64,000 nt of DNA from Gekko japonicus (Eukaryota): assembly GCF_001447785.1 (NCBI RefSeq), contig NW_015162487.1:875255-939254 (forward strand), written 5' to 3'. Every line of letters starts with the position of its first letter. Positions within the stretch are counted from its first letter, which is position 1. This document shows positions 22,377 to 35,569 of the stretch, piece by piece. The notes below the pieces were generated by a model, which did no database searches, had not been told where the DNA came from, and saw only the letters and a list, made by a program, of their open reading frames with translations. Made by a program: the position numbers and the translations under genes.

Positions 22377-24488
22377 CTGGAACAACCACATTCGGACAGA
22401 ATCAGTGGATGCCCCCAAAAGGGGCCCAAACACAGGTTTTCTTTTCTTCTTTTTTTTAAACAATGAAACCCCCCCATGGTGGCTTGTGTTCAGGAAGGCT
22501 AGGAGTATTGTTTTATTGTCACAAGGACTGGGAAGAGAAGGATTTACAAGGCGAGTCAGCACCTGTTTAGCCGCAGTTCCCTTCTCACTTGCTTACTTGA
22601 GTAACATTAAAAAAGGAAACAAGCAAGGCTCATGTTAACCATAATGATACCAGGCAAGTCTACCAGCTTTTAGAACCTCGACGGGGGAGGCAAATATGTT
22701 CTTCGAATAGCACCATCTAGGGAGGCCAGCCTCCGGGACCCCCCCAGAATTAACAGCTCATTCCCAGACAGCAGAGTTCAGTTCCCTTGGAGAAAATGGG
22801 ATGTTTTGGAGGGTGGACTCTTCCCCCATTGAGGTCCCCGTCCTCCCCAGGCTCCACCCCCAACTCTCCAGGAGTTTCCCAACCTGGGTCTGGCAACCTT
22901 AAGTCCACCTCAGGTGGTTCTGCAGAGGTTTTCATCACCAGGAGAGATTAAAGCCCTGAGTGCATATCTTTTAATGGGACAGAAGAATATATACATGCCT
23001 GCCCTCTACTGGGCCTCCCTTCAGTGGGTCAGAACCGCATCGCCATCTAAGGACGAAATCTTGAAATAGATGACATCGGTGAGGCTTTAACTTTAACTTG
23101 CACTGGATGAATGGTGTTGTGGTATTTTATTGACGTTATAACTGTTTTAATTTTTGTATCTTGTATTTTTTTTTACTAAATTTGATGGAACCCGCCCTGA
23201 GCCTGCTATGAGGGGAGGGCAGGATATAAATCGAATAAAATCAATCAATGCTTATTTCCAGTCTGATATATATATATACATTTTTAAAATCCTATTAAAT
23301 TACACTCAGATTGTTTCACATGTAGGGATGCCATCCTCCAGGTGGGACCTGGGGATCCCCTAGAATTGCAGCTCATCTCCTGACTACAGAGATCAGTCCC
23401 CCTGGAGAAAATGGATGCTTTGGAGGGTGGACTCTGTGGCATTATACCCCCACTGAGGTCCCGGTCCTCCCCAGGGGTTGCCCAATCTGGAGCTGGCAAT
23501 GCTCCCCCACCCACCCAGTGGCCCAGGAGGAACCTGGCAATCCTAGTAGCAGCATCCTTCCTGAAAGGCATGGAGGGGCATTCAGCTTACTATGAAAACC
23601 TGTCTTTGCACTTTAACGAGGTTGCAGTTGTTTTGGTTTAGCTGCCACTTTGGGGAGTGCACATCCAAGGAAAACTTAGCTTCCGAACTGCAACTGCAAG
23701 CGCTCCCTCGCCTCTTCTTGGAACATCTGGTTGTGCTGCAGAGGTGGGCTTAACACCCAACCCGACATCTTCGCTCAGATGCACTTGGGGAGAGCTGGGA
23801 AACAAGAGCCGAGCGGGCCACGCATTCCTCTGGAGCACTCCTGTCCCAACACCCTTTCCAACCTACTTTTGGGTTCCTGTTTTTTGATTGACAAAAACAT
23901 TCCGGTTGCCCGTGGAGATTAAACAGCGGGGCTTATCAGCAGCACTTGAAACACCACAAGTGGCATGTTGAACCACAAGGAAAGCAGAAGAACTGCTTTA
24001 TCTAAGACCGGAGTTAACAGTACAAATCACTTTTATTGTGCAAAAGTATACACATGAAGAAACTCTAACTCCCACTGGCCTGAGCACTTAAAGGAACTGC
24101 TGCAGTCACGTGAGTCTGCAAGTGATTGACATACGAACTATGTGTCATCATGGCTGGCGGAAAACTTGCACTAAGGTTTCTTACACGAAGGGGAAACTTG
24201 CATATGTAGACAGTATGTACTTTTAAGCCTGTATTTTTGGAAACTGATATCTGTCTTGATTAGGTGTCTGGGATTAGGTGTTTATATGCTGAACCACGAT
24301 TGTTGTTTTAAATCACAGTTTAGCATTTCTATATGCATTATTAAATTAAATGCCGGTGTTCTGTTCATTCGTACTACGTTCATAGTTATATTTTAATCTC
24401 TTTTTTGTCATTCCAACCTCTTTGGTTACCCTTCTTGCGCAGGACTGTCCCCCCCCCTTTTTTGGAAAACTTTCACTATGCTTTACAG

Positions 24489-24926
24489 CAGGGGTGTCAA
24501 ACATGCGGCCCGTGGGTCGGATGAGGCCCCTGGAGGGCTTCTATCAGGCCTGCAGTGAAACTGGCCATCTCCTGCTGCTTCTTCCAGTTCTGCTGCTGCT
24601 GCGTCATTGTAAGTTTGCAGCTTACAGTTACACACCTGAACAGCATACTCAAGATTGCAACAGCACAGACATTTTGATGCAATAATTCAGAGCAAGAGGT
24701 GTCAGTTATCAGACACTGTTAGATAAACAAAATATTGCAAGAGTGCTAATGTTTTAGGCATGTTTTTATTTTAAGTAAAAAAAAAAAACAACTTTGTGTT
24801 TGTGTCCTTTATACAGTTTATATCTCCGCTCCCTGGCATTACATTTTATGACACACATGGCCCGGCCGAACAAGGTCTCATTTATGTCAGATTCGGCCCT
24901 CATCACAAATGAGTTCGACACCCCTG
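24489..24926. mobile_element. hAT-Charlie-like MITE
   Basis: TIR CAGGGGTGTCAAAC...GTTCGACACCCCTG; perfect 8-bp TSD CTTTACAG. Confidence 0.88.
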
Positions 24927-25212
24927 CTTTACAGTTTACTGACCCAAAGGTCAATACTGTGTGAGCCTAATGTAACGTGAGAAACAGCCCAAGACAGAGA
25001 GCATCTGTCTGCCAGTAGCCGCTAAATAAAAGGGAAGAGAGAAGACCTGCCACTGACTACCCACAATTGGTTAACCCCTCGCTCTTGGAAGCTGAAAGCC
25101 AGAACTATCTCCCTGAAGAAGGTCACTAAAGGTTTGATGAATTGAACGACTCGGAAGTGTCCGAGATGTTAACTCACAGATGTAGGACGGAGCTGAGCTA
25201 TGGAGTCTGGTG

Positions 25213-25417
25213 CAGTGTTCCCTCTAAGTTGAGTCAGTGTGAGCTAGCTCACAGTTTTTTTAGCCTCTGGCTCAGAGATTTTTGCCTTAGTTCCGGAAGG
25301 ATGGCTCCAGAGCAAACTAATCTATGCAGTGGCCAAATCACCTGCTCCCAACTTTAATGCCAGTAGCTCACAAAGTAGAATTTTTGCTCACAGGACTCCA
25401 CAGCTTAGAGGGAGCTG
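25213..25417. mobile_element. hAT-type MITE family A copy
   Basis: CAGTGTTCCCTCTAAG start and family body. Confidence 0.8.
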
Positions 25418-25779
25418 GGTGAAGAAGTGCCCTTGCAAGTCCCTTGAAACCAAGGAATTTAGAAGGCTGTTAACTAGGCCCTCCTGGGGCACCTAAGTGA
25501 GCAGCTAAGGGTGCTGCAGGTGGGCAGCAACCAGTCCTGTCATTCTCCCACCGGCCGTCCACAGTGTAGGAGATCCCCCCCCAGTCCCAGTCCCAGTCCG
25601 CAGGCTGTTCCTTCCCTCATGGTGGCAGCACTGGTGCTCCACACCCTCCCGCCCCGAGGGCCAGCTCTCTCCCTCCTTCCGTCGCTGCCTTGCCGTGAAT
25701 CCTACCTGAACTATGACCTCAGAGGAGATACGCCCCAGATTTATGGAATCCTAATCCAAGCCATCAGTAGGCACGATTT

Positions 25780-26590
25780 ATTTATTTACTGATTTAATTT
25801 ACACCCCGCCCTCCCCGCCGGAGCAGGCTTGGGGCGGCTTACAAGGCCATTGGCAGCATAAAAACAATTAATATCCTAAATATCTGCGCCCTCGCTCTAG
25901 GCTTGCCCCCTGGTATACCCAGGAGTTGTGGCTTATGAAGTGAGAGTTTAGACAGTTAGAAAGACGGTGACGTCGGGCTTGAGACGAGGCAACAAGAACA
26001 TCTTATAGGACGTTTATGAAATCCTATGAGATGGCAGTCAAAGCTGCTAAGAAGGATTTCTATGCGGCTACGATTGCGTCCGCTAGCTCACGTCCAGCTC
26101 AATTATTTAGAACGATTCGGGCTATAACAGCAATGTGAGCCGCCCTTGAGCCCGCTTGTGGGGAGGGCAGGTTATAAATATAATAAATAAATTCCGAAGG
26201 TGCTACAAATATGCGACGGCTGCAGTAAAATCAGCAATAGTTGTATGGCTGGCTCATGGGCGTGGATATTAAAGCAGGCATACAGGATGGATTATAGGGC
26301 CTAGCCAACCCGGTTGATGTTAGCGGTTTAATATGGCATCTTACTCAAACACTTGGTGGAAGAGCTCCGTCTTGCAGGCCCTGTGGAATTGTGATAAACC
26401 CCACAAGGCCCTGATGTCCTCTGGGAGCTCGTTCCACCAAAGTGGCGCCACTGCTGAGAAGGCTCTAGCCCTGGTTGTGGCCAGCCTGACGTCTTTGAGG
26501 CCAGGGAGAGTGAGGAGATGGTGTGATCCAGAACGCAGTACTCTCTGGGGAACACATGGGGAAAGGCAGTCCCTCAGGTATGCACTCCCT
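25780..26590. mobile_element. Cluster of L2-like LINE fragments
   Basis: Decayed ORF2-like peptide (PWYTQEL...RQLERR...YEMAVKAAKKDFYAATIASASSRPAQLFR) and (TAAA)n tails. Confidence 0.55.
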
Positions 26591-26697
26591 GGGACCAGGC
26601 ACCTCGCTTGGTTGGCAGAACCTCCCCCATTTTTGCATGCGCGCTTCCCTCAGAGAGAACCAGCTTTCCTGTGAGGCTTTCTGCTACTAAGAGGTTA

Positions 26698-27024
<327 letters not shown>

Positions 27025-28396
27025 TCACACACAAAACAAATTTCAGAAAGTAGCCGTGTTGGTCTGGGGGAGAAGAGCTAGATTTGAACTCAGACGGCCA
27101 CAGGAATTTTGGGGTGTAAGCTTTTGAGAGTCGACCCTTCCTCCGTCGGAGAGCTGACACGGCGAGCGTTGACTCTCGGAAGCTTGCACACCGCAAAACC
27201 TTGCTGGACTCTAAGGCACTTCTGGATTCGAACCGAGCTACACAAAATGAGGGCTGTCGTATTAGCCAGAGTCAAAAGCAAACAAAAAAAGCAAGTTTTT
27301 CTCGAAAGGCCCCCTCCCCCCAACACACTGGACATGTTAGCATTAGAGGCGAGGTGCATTTTGAATCTGGGGGCATCTGGCTTGGGGGGGGGGAGGTTAT
27401 GATCCATCATGCGCTCACTTTGGCGGCTTGGAAGCTGTACCCTGTCGAGTTCCATTAGCGCAGCTGTATACAATCCATATTCCATTTTCATTCTTACAAC
27501 CCCCCCCCCCGCTCTAGTTATCAGATGAAAAGAACGATGCTGGCTGTTGATTAGCTCTGAAGAACTTGCAGACATTTTTCACCAGGTTGATAACAGGAAG
27601 GGGGTTTCTTTTTTTTATTGAAGTAGAGGTGGACCAACAAAAGAAGCGGGCCTATCACCACGGCAACAAATGGATCTCTGAAGAGCCGCTGGGGCTATTA
27701 TCTCCTGAGCAAAAAGCCTCTTGAGGCAACGCGGATTCATCTCCGCCAAATAAATAAATAAATAAATAAATAAAATAAGCCCGCCAGCCAAGCCGCATTA
27801 AGGTGGGAGAAGTCCCCCTGCCCTGAGCTCCGGGGAGAGGAGACGGTGACCAATGCAGGGGAGGGAGGAGGAATTTTCTTAAGGCTGCCTCCAACATTAT
27901 GCTGCTGAAATCCATCCTATGGATTCAGGTGCAGGTCACCGTCTCTTCAAGCGTGCTTAGAAAAGCACTCAGAAAAACCGAGACGCCGGCGGGATGCGTA
28001 ATGTAACATATGCGGCTCATCTCGCAAGTGGCATCTCGAGAGGAACCGGTTGGAGGCAGTGTCAGAACCAGCCCTTCAAGCTCCTAGGAGGGGCTATGCC
28101 AAAACACACGAAGTAATGGTGTAAGGGAGAGTCAGAAGTATTTTTATACTGCTTTTCATTGGTGCGAATTTAACACTGCTGCATTCAAAGATAGGCAAGC
28201 TCCTAAGAAGCCGAACACGTCGACGTACAATTGGGCGATATTCCCCTACAATCCATTTACCTTTAGAGGACAGCAGAGTAGGAAAGACCCTCTGAATGGG
28301 CAAAGGCCTCATCACCACCCGAGTCCTGTTTCTACCCAAATGGGCAAGGGGCCAAATCACCATTTTAAAAAAACAGAACAAAAAACCAACTGGGAC

Positions 28397-28602
28397 TAGT
28401 GTTCCCCCTAAGCTGAGTTAGTGTGAGCTAGCTCACAGTTTTTTTAGCTTCCAGTCACCCATTTTTGTCTTAGCTCCGGAAGGATGGCCCCAGAGCAAAC
28501 TCATTTATGCAGTAGCCAAATCGATCGCTCGCAACTTTCATGCCTGTCGCTCACAAAGTAGAATTTTTGCTCACCAGACTCCACAGCTCAGAGGGAGCAT
28601 TG
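28397..28602. mobile_element. hAT-type MITE family A copy
   Basis: TSD ACTGGGAC/ACTGGGTC (7/8). Confidence 0.82.
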
Positions 28603-29062
28603 ACTGGGTCAGGTAACAACCAGGCCAAGGCTACTAAAGGATAATACATCTGCCTAAGAGTTTGCATGGGGAGAGAATTTCCAAGGATTGGGACTACTCA
28701 AGAAAACGCACCACCGTGAGCCGTCACTTGACACTACGGCCTTTTGGAGCCTGCCAGGGAGCCAAATTGTATCTGAATGCAAACACATACAGCTTCCTCC
28801 CCCCCCCCCAACCTGAACGTTTCTACTAAGCACCTTAAAGGACGACCAATCTTTTGAGCTCACATCATGCAGCTGTGCGGGAGGGTCTACCTGAGCCGCA
28901 AACCATCCCCTTCCCCACCAGGTATTCAGGTTGCCTGTTCCCAAGAAGGGCAACCTGAAGGACAAAAGCAATGCTCACGGGCTGGCGGCAGCCAGGAGGT
29001 GAGGAAGTACATCCCTTGCGGGGGGAGGATTTGTTAAAACAGTTTTTTCGTTGCCCTTGCTT

Positions 29063-29263
29063 TTGCAGGCTATGACTTCCTTTCCGCTTTGCAATAATTT
29101 CAGGCTTTGAGATACAATACACAACTGATACACTTGGGGGGGGGGGGTAGTTTTGGACCTGACCTGGATTGCAGGCTATGACTTCCTTTCCGCTTTGCAA
29201 TAATTTCAGGCTTTGAGATACGATACACAACTGATTCACTTGGGGGGGGGGGGAAGTTTTGGA
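29063..29263. repeat. Tandem duplication, period 106 bp
   Basis: TTGCAGGCTATGACTTCCTTTCCGCTTTGCAATAATTTCAGGCTTTGAGATAC occurs twice. Confidence 0.92.
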
Positions 29264-30292
29264 AGCTCCAAGAAATACCAAAGCTGGGATGCAGAGGCAG
29301 GCAATAGCAAGCCACTGCTCTTAATGTCCAAGCCCCACTAGGGGTCACCAGAAGTCAACTATGACTTCCAGGCACACACAAAAATAAACTCAACTATATA
29401 TATATATTATTTTATAAAAAAGAAGTCTTAATAGCAAATGCTCTAGTTATGTTCATTTTGTGAACATGTGAATCTGCCTTATCCTGAATCAGACCCTTGG
29501 TCCACGGAGGTCAGTCTTGTCTACTCAGACCGGCAGCGGCTCTCCGGGGGTTCAGGCAGAAGAGGTCTTTCACATCACCTACCGCCTAGTTCTTCTAAAC
29601 TGGAGGTGCCGGGGACTGAACCTGGGACCTTTTGCGTGGCAAGCAGAGGCTCTGCCACTGAGCCACGGCCCCTGCCCCTTGTGCACGCTCCATGCTACTC
29701 GCAACGAGCAGTGTGATGAGAAGCATATTTAAGGCTTTCTTCGTAAATACCAGCTGGCGGCCAATCCTTTTTGAAAGGCTTCATCTCTTCAGAGTGAACC
29801 TGAACCAAACCAAAATGTTTAGCTCCTAATCCATATTCTGAGTAAGGGACCCTGTAGAAGACCTTTGAAAAGCAGACTGTAAAAGTTCAAACCAGCAGTT
29901 ATGACCTACTGACTTCATTCATCACTCACCTTTCTCCCTAACGGGGATCCAAGGTGGCTTACGTAATTCTGCTCTCCTGTTTTATCCTCACAACCCTGTG
30001 AGGTAGGCCCAGGCCTGAGAGGGCGTGACTGGCCCAAGGTCACCCAGCAAGCGTCCACAGCATAGTAGGGATTCGAACTTGGTTCTCCCAGGTCCCAGTC
30101 CGACACTCTAATCACTATATCATGCTAGTTTGGGAAAGCTGGTTGGGTGTGCTGGGGAAGCGTCTGGTTTCAGAGAAGCTGTTTCCACATTCATGAAGGA
30201 CCGGATGATGCACACTCAAGGTGTTTGATCCAAAAAGGCCCTTTCTGGATGCGGAAGGAGAACAGCTCTACACCTTGCGCTGGAGCACAGTT

Positions 30293-30790
30293 TTTGTTGT
30301 TCAGTCGCACAGTCGAATCCGACTCTTCGCGACCCCACGGACTACATCACGCCAGGCCCTCCTGTCCCCCGTCGTCCTCTGGAGTGTGCTCAACTTCATG
30401 TTTGTTGCATCTATGACACTGTCTAACCATCTCATCCTTTGCCGTCCCCGTCTTCTTTGACCTTCAGTCTTTCCCAGCATCAGGGTCTTCTCCAGTGAGT
30501 GCTCCCTTCTCCTTTGGTGGCCAAAGTATTTGAGCTTCAGTTTCATGATCTGGCCTTCCAGGGAACAGTCAGGGTTGATTTCTTTTAGGATTGACTGATT
30601 TGATCTCCTTGCAGTCCAAGGCACTCTCAAGAGTCTTCTCCAGCAGCACCATAGTTCAAAAGAACCTATTCTTCCGCGCTTGGCCTTCCTTATGGTCCAA
30701 CTCTCGCAGCCATACAGGACTACTGGGAATACCATTGCTTTGACCATGTGGACTTTTGTTGGCAGGGTGATGTCTCTGCTTTTTATTTTG
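30293..30790 (-). mobile_element. Bov-B (RTE) LINE, 5'-truncated 3' fragment
   Basis: KSRDITLPTKVHMVKAMVFPVVLYGCESWTI...FELWC.WRRLLRVPWTARRSNQSILKEI is the characteristic Bov-B ORF C-terminus; (CAA)n tail. Confidence 0.92.
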
Positions 30791-31118
30791 CCGTCTACGT
30801 TTGCCATAGCACAAGAGGCCAAAGAGGCCATTCTGCTTGCACAAGACCAGCTGTGGAAGCTACCCAGAGGGGCCCCGGGAAAATTCTTGCACAAACCCCT
30901 GCAGATCAGTCCCTGCAGTGGTTTCCCTTCATGATTCACCGTCACAAAGCTCAGCAAACAAGGCCAAATTCCACGCTGCAAGTTTGCGCACTGTGAAGCT
31001 TCAACGGCATGGGTGCAGTCTACCAAGTAAAATAAACAGGTACATGGTAAATAAGGCTGCACGGACACAGTGTGATCAACTATGCTAGTACCTGGGGATA
31101 TCCAGCCACGAGTAGTAG

Positions 31119-31795
31119 TAAGAATGTAAGAGAAGCCAATGTTGGATCAGGCCAGTGGCCCAACCAGTCCAACACTCTGTCACACAGTGGCCAAAAATAC
31201 AAGGTGCTATCAAGGAGGTCCAGCAGTGGGGCCAGGACACTAGAAGCCCTCCCACTGTTGACCCCTCTCCCAAGCACCAAGAATACAGAGCATCCCTTGC
31301 CCCAGACAGAGTTCCTATCTATAACTTGTGCCTAATAGCCACTGATGGACCTCGGCTCCATAGGCTTATCTAATTCTCTTTTGAAGCCGTCTATGCTTGT
31401 AGCCACCACCACCTCCTGTGGCAGTGAATTCCAAGTGTTAATCACTCTTTGGGTGAAGAAGTACTTCCTTTTATCCGTTCTAACCCGACCGCTCAGCAAT
31501 TCCATGGAGTGCCCACGAGTTCTTGTATTGTGAGAAAGGGAGAAAAGTACCTCTTTCTCTGCCTGCTCTATCCCATGCATAATCTTGTAAACCTCAATCA
31601 TGTCACCCCTCAGCTGTCGTTTCTCCAAGCTAAAGAGTCCCAAGTGCTTTAACCTCTCTTCATAGGGAAAGTGTTCCAACCCTTTTATCATTCTAGTTGC
31701 CCTTTTCTGCCCTTTTTCCAATGTTATAATATCCTTTTTGAGGTGTGGTGACCAAAACTGTACACAGTACTCCAAATGAGGTCGCACCATTGATT
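31119..31795 (-). mobile_element. CR1 LINE 3' fragment
   Basis: [21 protein letters not shown]...YEERLKHLGLFSLEKRQLRGDMIEVYKIMHG; followed by (GAAA)n at 31796-31843. Confidence 0.92.
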
Positions 31796-31797
31796 GA

Positions 31798-31846
<49 letters not shown>

Positions 31847-32189
31847 CACAACAAAGAGGTAAGGAGAGCAGAAGAGGACTTGAGGGTTGTGTACCTCGCT
31901 GTGAGTTTCCCAGGCCTGTTTTCAACTGTGCTAAGTGAGACGACTTGGACGCGGCATTCAGTCTTCCGATTCTACCCCTGTCACACTTACAGCTGCAGTC
32001 GGGTATTCCACACCTAGGTGTATTAGGTCTAGGCAAAAGGTCTTAGGAGGGGGTCAAGGAATAATCTTTCCCCCCCAAAATGTGGATATTTTACTTGTGC
32101 GAGCTAAAAACAAAAAGGGAATTGTCTCGGGCGTTGCTTTTCCCGGATGGCGTCGGGCGCAGCGAGAAGAGCTTCGTGCGGCTCGCTTT

Positions 32190-32720
32190 TAAGCGAGGGC
32201 GACTGAAGTCCCCCCATTGAACCTCCTGCCCAAATTAATTTCCTGCTCGTACGGCCATAAAGCTTATAGAGATGTAAATCAGATAATGTTTTGATGATCA
32301 GCTGATCGGGGCTTCATTTACCCCCTCGGATAAATATTCTTCGTTAATGCTTTTGTGCCGGCTTTGCTAATACATTTTAATTGTGTGTCAAAAACAAAAA
32401 GAAACAATGGCTTGCTGGATTAGCAAGTCTATTAATAGGGGTTTAGAGCCCGCGAAAGAGCAAAAAGGCCCACGTGTTTGCGTTGCTTTATTGACGAGCA
32501 CACGTAGCTAGAGAATGAACAGCACGTCCCCTCTTGCGGGCACATTGTGCTCAACGGGATTAGCAGCTGCAGGCTTGGGGGGTAATTCTCTCCCCCCCCC
32601 CGACACCAATTAAGTCACTCCATTAAAGCAGGTATTTATATGGCAAAAGTGTGTAACAGATCAAGCTTCCCAGTTTCCTCTTGTTTCAGTTGCTTTTCAT
32701 GGAAATCGGAAAAATGCAGC
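32190..32720. promoter_or_regulatory. Candidate conserved non-coding enhancer in CCNYL1 intron 8
   Basis: Repeat-free block with clustered TAAT, GGATTA, AACAATGG/CATTGT and GGCCATAAA motifs and retained CpGs. Confidence 0.5.
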
Positions 32721-33635
32721 GTTAAGAATTCTAATGTATGACTCCATATCGCTTCTCCGCTCTTCAAATTATCAGGAAGAACGAAGTCATAGTGACTCCA
32801 CCCCACATCTTTTTACCACAATTTAAAGTTGCATTCTGAACGCACCCCGTAGAGAGAAAAGGGCAGCTCCTGGCTGTCGGAGAGCTCCTTACTAGGGTCT
32901 TTCTCGCAAGTGAGGACTTTCATGTAAACAGAAAAAGGAAGTGGAGTTTCAAAACCAAAATAAATACATTTTCGAAGGGCAGTTTCTGGACACTGTTTCT
33001 GGCCAGCTTTAGCCTTAATTTGAGAGACTAGAAGGTGAGGAATTTTAAGGTAACCGACAGCAAGTTAATCGTTCCTTACGTTTACTGCAGAAAATTCTGA
33101 ATGGAGTTTAGTCAGCCCTGACCTGGATAGCCCAGGAAAGCCTGATCTTGTCAGGCCTCGGAAGCTAAGCAGGGTCGACTCTGGTAAGTACTTGGATGGG
33201 AGACCTCCTTGGAATACCAGAGGCGGAGGCAGGTCTTATTCAGCCACCTCTCTGAATATCCTCCAGGTCCCCAGTAGGGGTCAGTCACCAGAGGTCGCCA
33301 TGACTTCCAGGTGCACACACACTCACAAGCACAGACACACACAGATGTTTTGGATTTAACAGTGAACATCACAATACCAAGCTCTGATTAATTGCTGTCC
33401 GAGAGCTTAACAGTGCCTGGTTAAAAAAGGGTGTTCCAGCAGTCAAAACATCCTGGTGTTGTGGTGTTTGTCAGTCTGCACGGGTGCGCTCACTGCAGAC
33501 TGGCTTCAATTGCACGAAGCCACCTTTAAATGAAATATGGACTTAGTGCATGTCTGAGGTTGCCAGAAAGAACCCTGGCTCTAAGGATTTCTGGCAGCAG
33601 GGAAATCACAGGTGGTTTTCTCAAAGGGTGGCACC

Positions 33636-33826
33636 CAGTGTTCCCTCTAAGGTGAGTTAGTGTGAGCTAGCCTCCGGCTCACACACTCTTCTCTTAGCTC
33701 AGGAAGGACGGCTCCAGAGCAGACTCATTTATGCAGTAGCCAGATCGCTCGCTCACAACTTTAATGCCAGTAGGTCACAAAGTAGAATTTTTGCTCACAG
33801 GACTCCACAGCTTAGAGGGAGCACTG
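33636..33826. mobile_element. hAT-type MITE family A, best-defined copy
   Basis: TIR CAGTGTTCCCTCTAAG...CTTAGAGGGAGCACTG; perfect 8-bp TSD GTGGCACC. Confidence 0.9.
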
Positions 33827-35356
33827 GTGGCACCAAACCTGGCCCAGAGGTGGTAGGAGCAGGGTGCCATGCCAGACCGGAGGACGCCTGCAAGGGCCAG
33901 TTCTGGGAAAGCAAAGCTCTGACAATACCGCCTAACTGGAAGCAGTGATCTTCCCGAAGGCTTAGTGCCGGTGTAACAGGAGTTATGCTGGAGTGAATCT
34001 CCATGCAAGGAGGAGGCAGCTTATGTAGCAGGCTGTCTGTACTCCGGAAGGGGCACCGTGGCGGCTCCCTGGACGAGGAACGATGCTTGGAGGTTTGGCC
34101 ACTGCACAGTCTGTGGGACTTGTGCTGCGGTAGGAATGCTCCGCTGTGGAGCCTCTGTGATCACCTGCCCTTTCCTTTTCACTTTTACCAAACATGGGAA
34201 GACTGCCATTTGCCAAGAGAGGCCACTGCGGCCAGCTTTTAAAAACCAAGGGACTTAAAAAAAAACAAAAACAGGTGTCATTTTACTGTTTGTTGCATGT
34301 GAGCTGGTGAAAGCCGGTGCGTGTGGATGTTAAGCCAGGGCTCCCAATGGGATGCCCGCCAACACCTTTCCTGGCACCGGCCAAGTGTTGTTAGAGAGTG
34401 GGCGGGGCCAGGCGAGACATCTGCCCAGCAAGGCTTTTGATTGGCCGTGCAGATTTTTTAAAACATTGCTTTGGTGGCAGCAGCCACCACAGCACGGCGG
34501 TCTCCACTGTGTGACTGAAAGGAAGCTCAGGCAGCCATTTTGTCACTGACTCTGCCTCCCACGGCTGTGCGCACCACACTGTCAAAATTCCAAAGGCTCA
34601 GAAAGGTTGGGGACCCTTGCATTAGACCGTTACAAAGGTGGATGCAGGAGAGGAAGGAGGGGGTGTTGACATGCAGTGATCCAGTGTTAGAAGAAATTCT
34701 GGCTTGGTAAAGTGGAAAAGGGGCTTACATCACTTGTGGGATGCCTGAAGGCATCCAAAAAGTAAGCTTATGAATCGAAGAAGGAAAAAAATAAAACAGT
34801 TTAAATACTGAGATATTTCTGAATTCACAGCAGAGGAAAATAAAGTCATTTACTTTTCTCATTCTAGGGCAAGCTGCACGCAAGGCTAATGACACAGAAA
34901 TACTAGCAGTTCTCCTGTGCGTTGCCAATGATGGGTTTACTGGCCCTGACCCACGTTTCTAGGTGGACCAGAGAATACACTGAGGAGCACAGACTAGTGG
35001 TGAGCAGAGAGGAAGATCCAAAGATGTTTGTAGAGGGCAACAGGCACGGAAAGCCGTGAAGATCATCGCTGTGGTGGGGTGGTTAGAGGATCAGTTCTGG
35101 GCCTGGGAGACCCTCAGGATCCGAAACCGTCCACCAGGGATCTTTACTGTCCTTGGTGCCGTCACTCTCAGCCTAACCTACCTCAAAGGGCGTTGTGAGG
35201 ATAAAATGGAGAAGGGGGAGGACAGTCTCTGAGATCTTTTGGAAGAAGGGTGGGAATGAATTTTCCTGTGCTAGAAATTGTAACAGAGAGTAAATGGAAA
35301 TTTCTGGGGGGGAAAAATAGTGACTTAAGAAAAACTTCACCAGGCCCGGCCACTCA

Positions 35357-35569
<213 letters not shown>

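Noticed and set aside
21955-22638. 227-aa ORF antisense to the last CCNYL1 exon
   Set aside because: No recognisable domain; spans a GC-rich UTR and homopolymer runs.
33115-33220. 5S rRNA gene
   Set aside because: Diverged 5' end, no terminator, fused to a SINE tail; dispersed copies of the same kind occur throughout the window.
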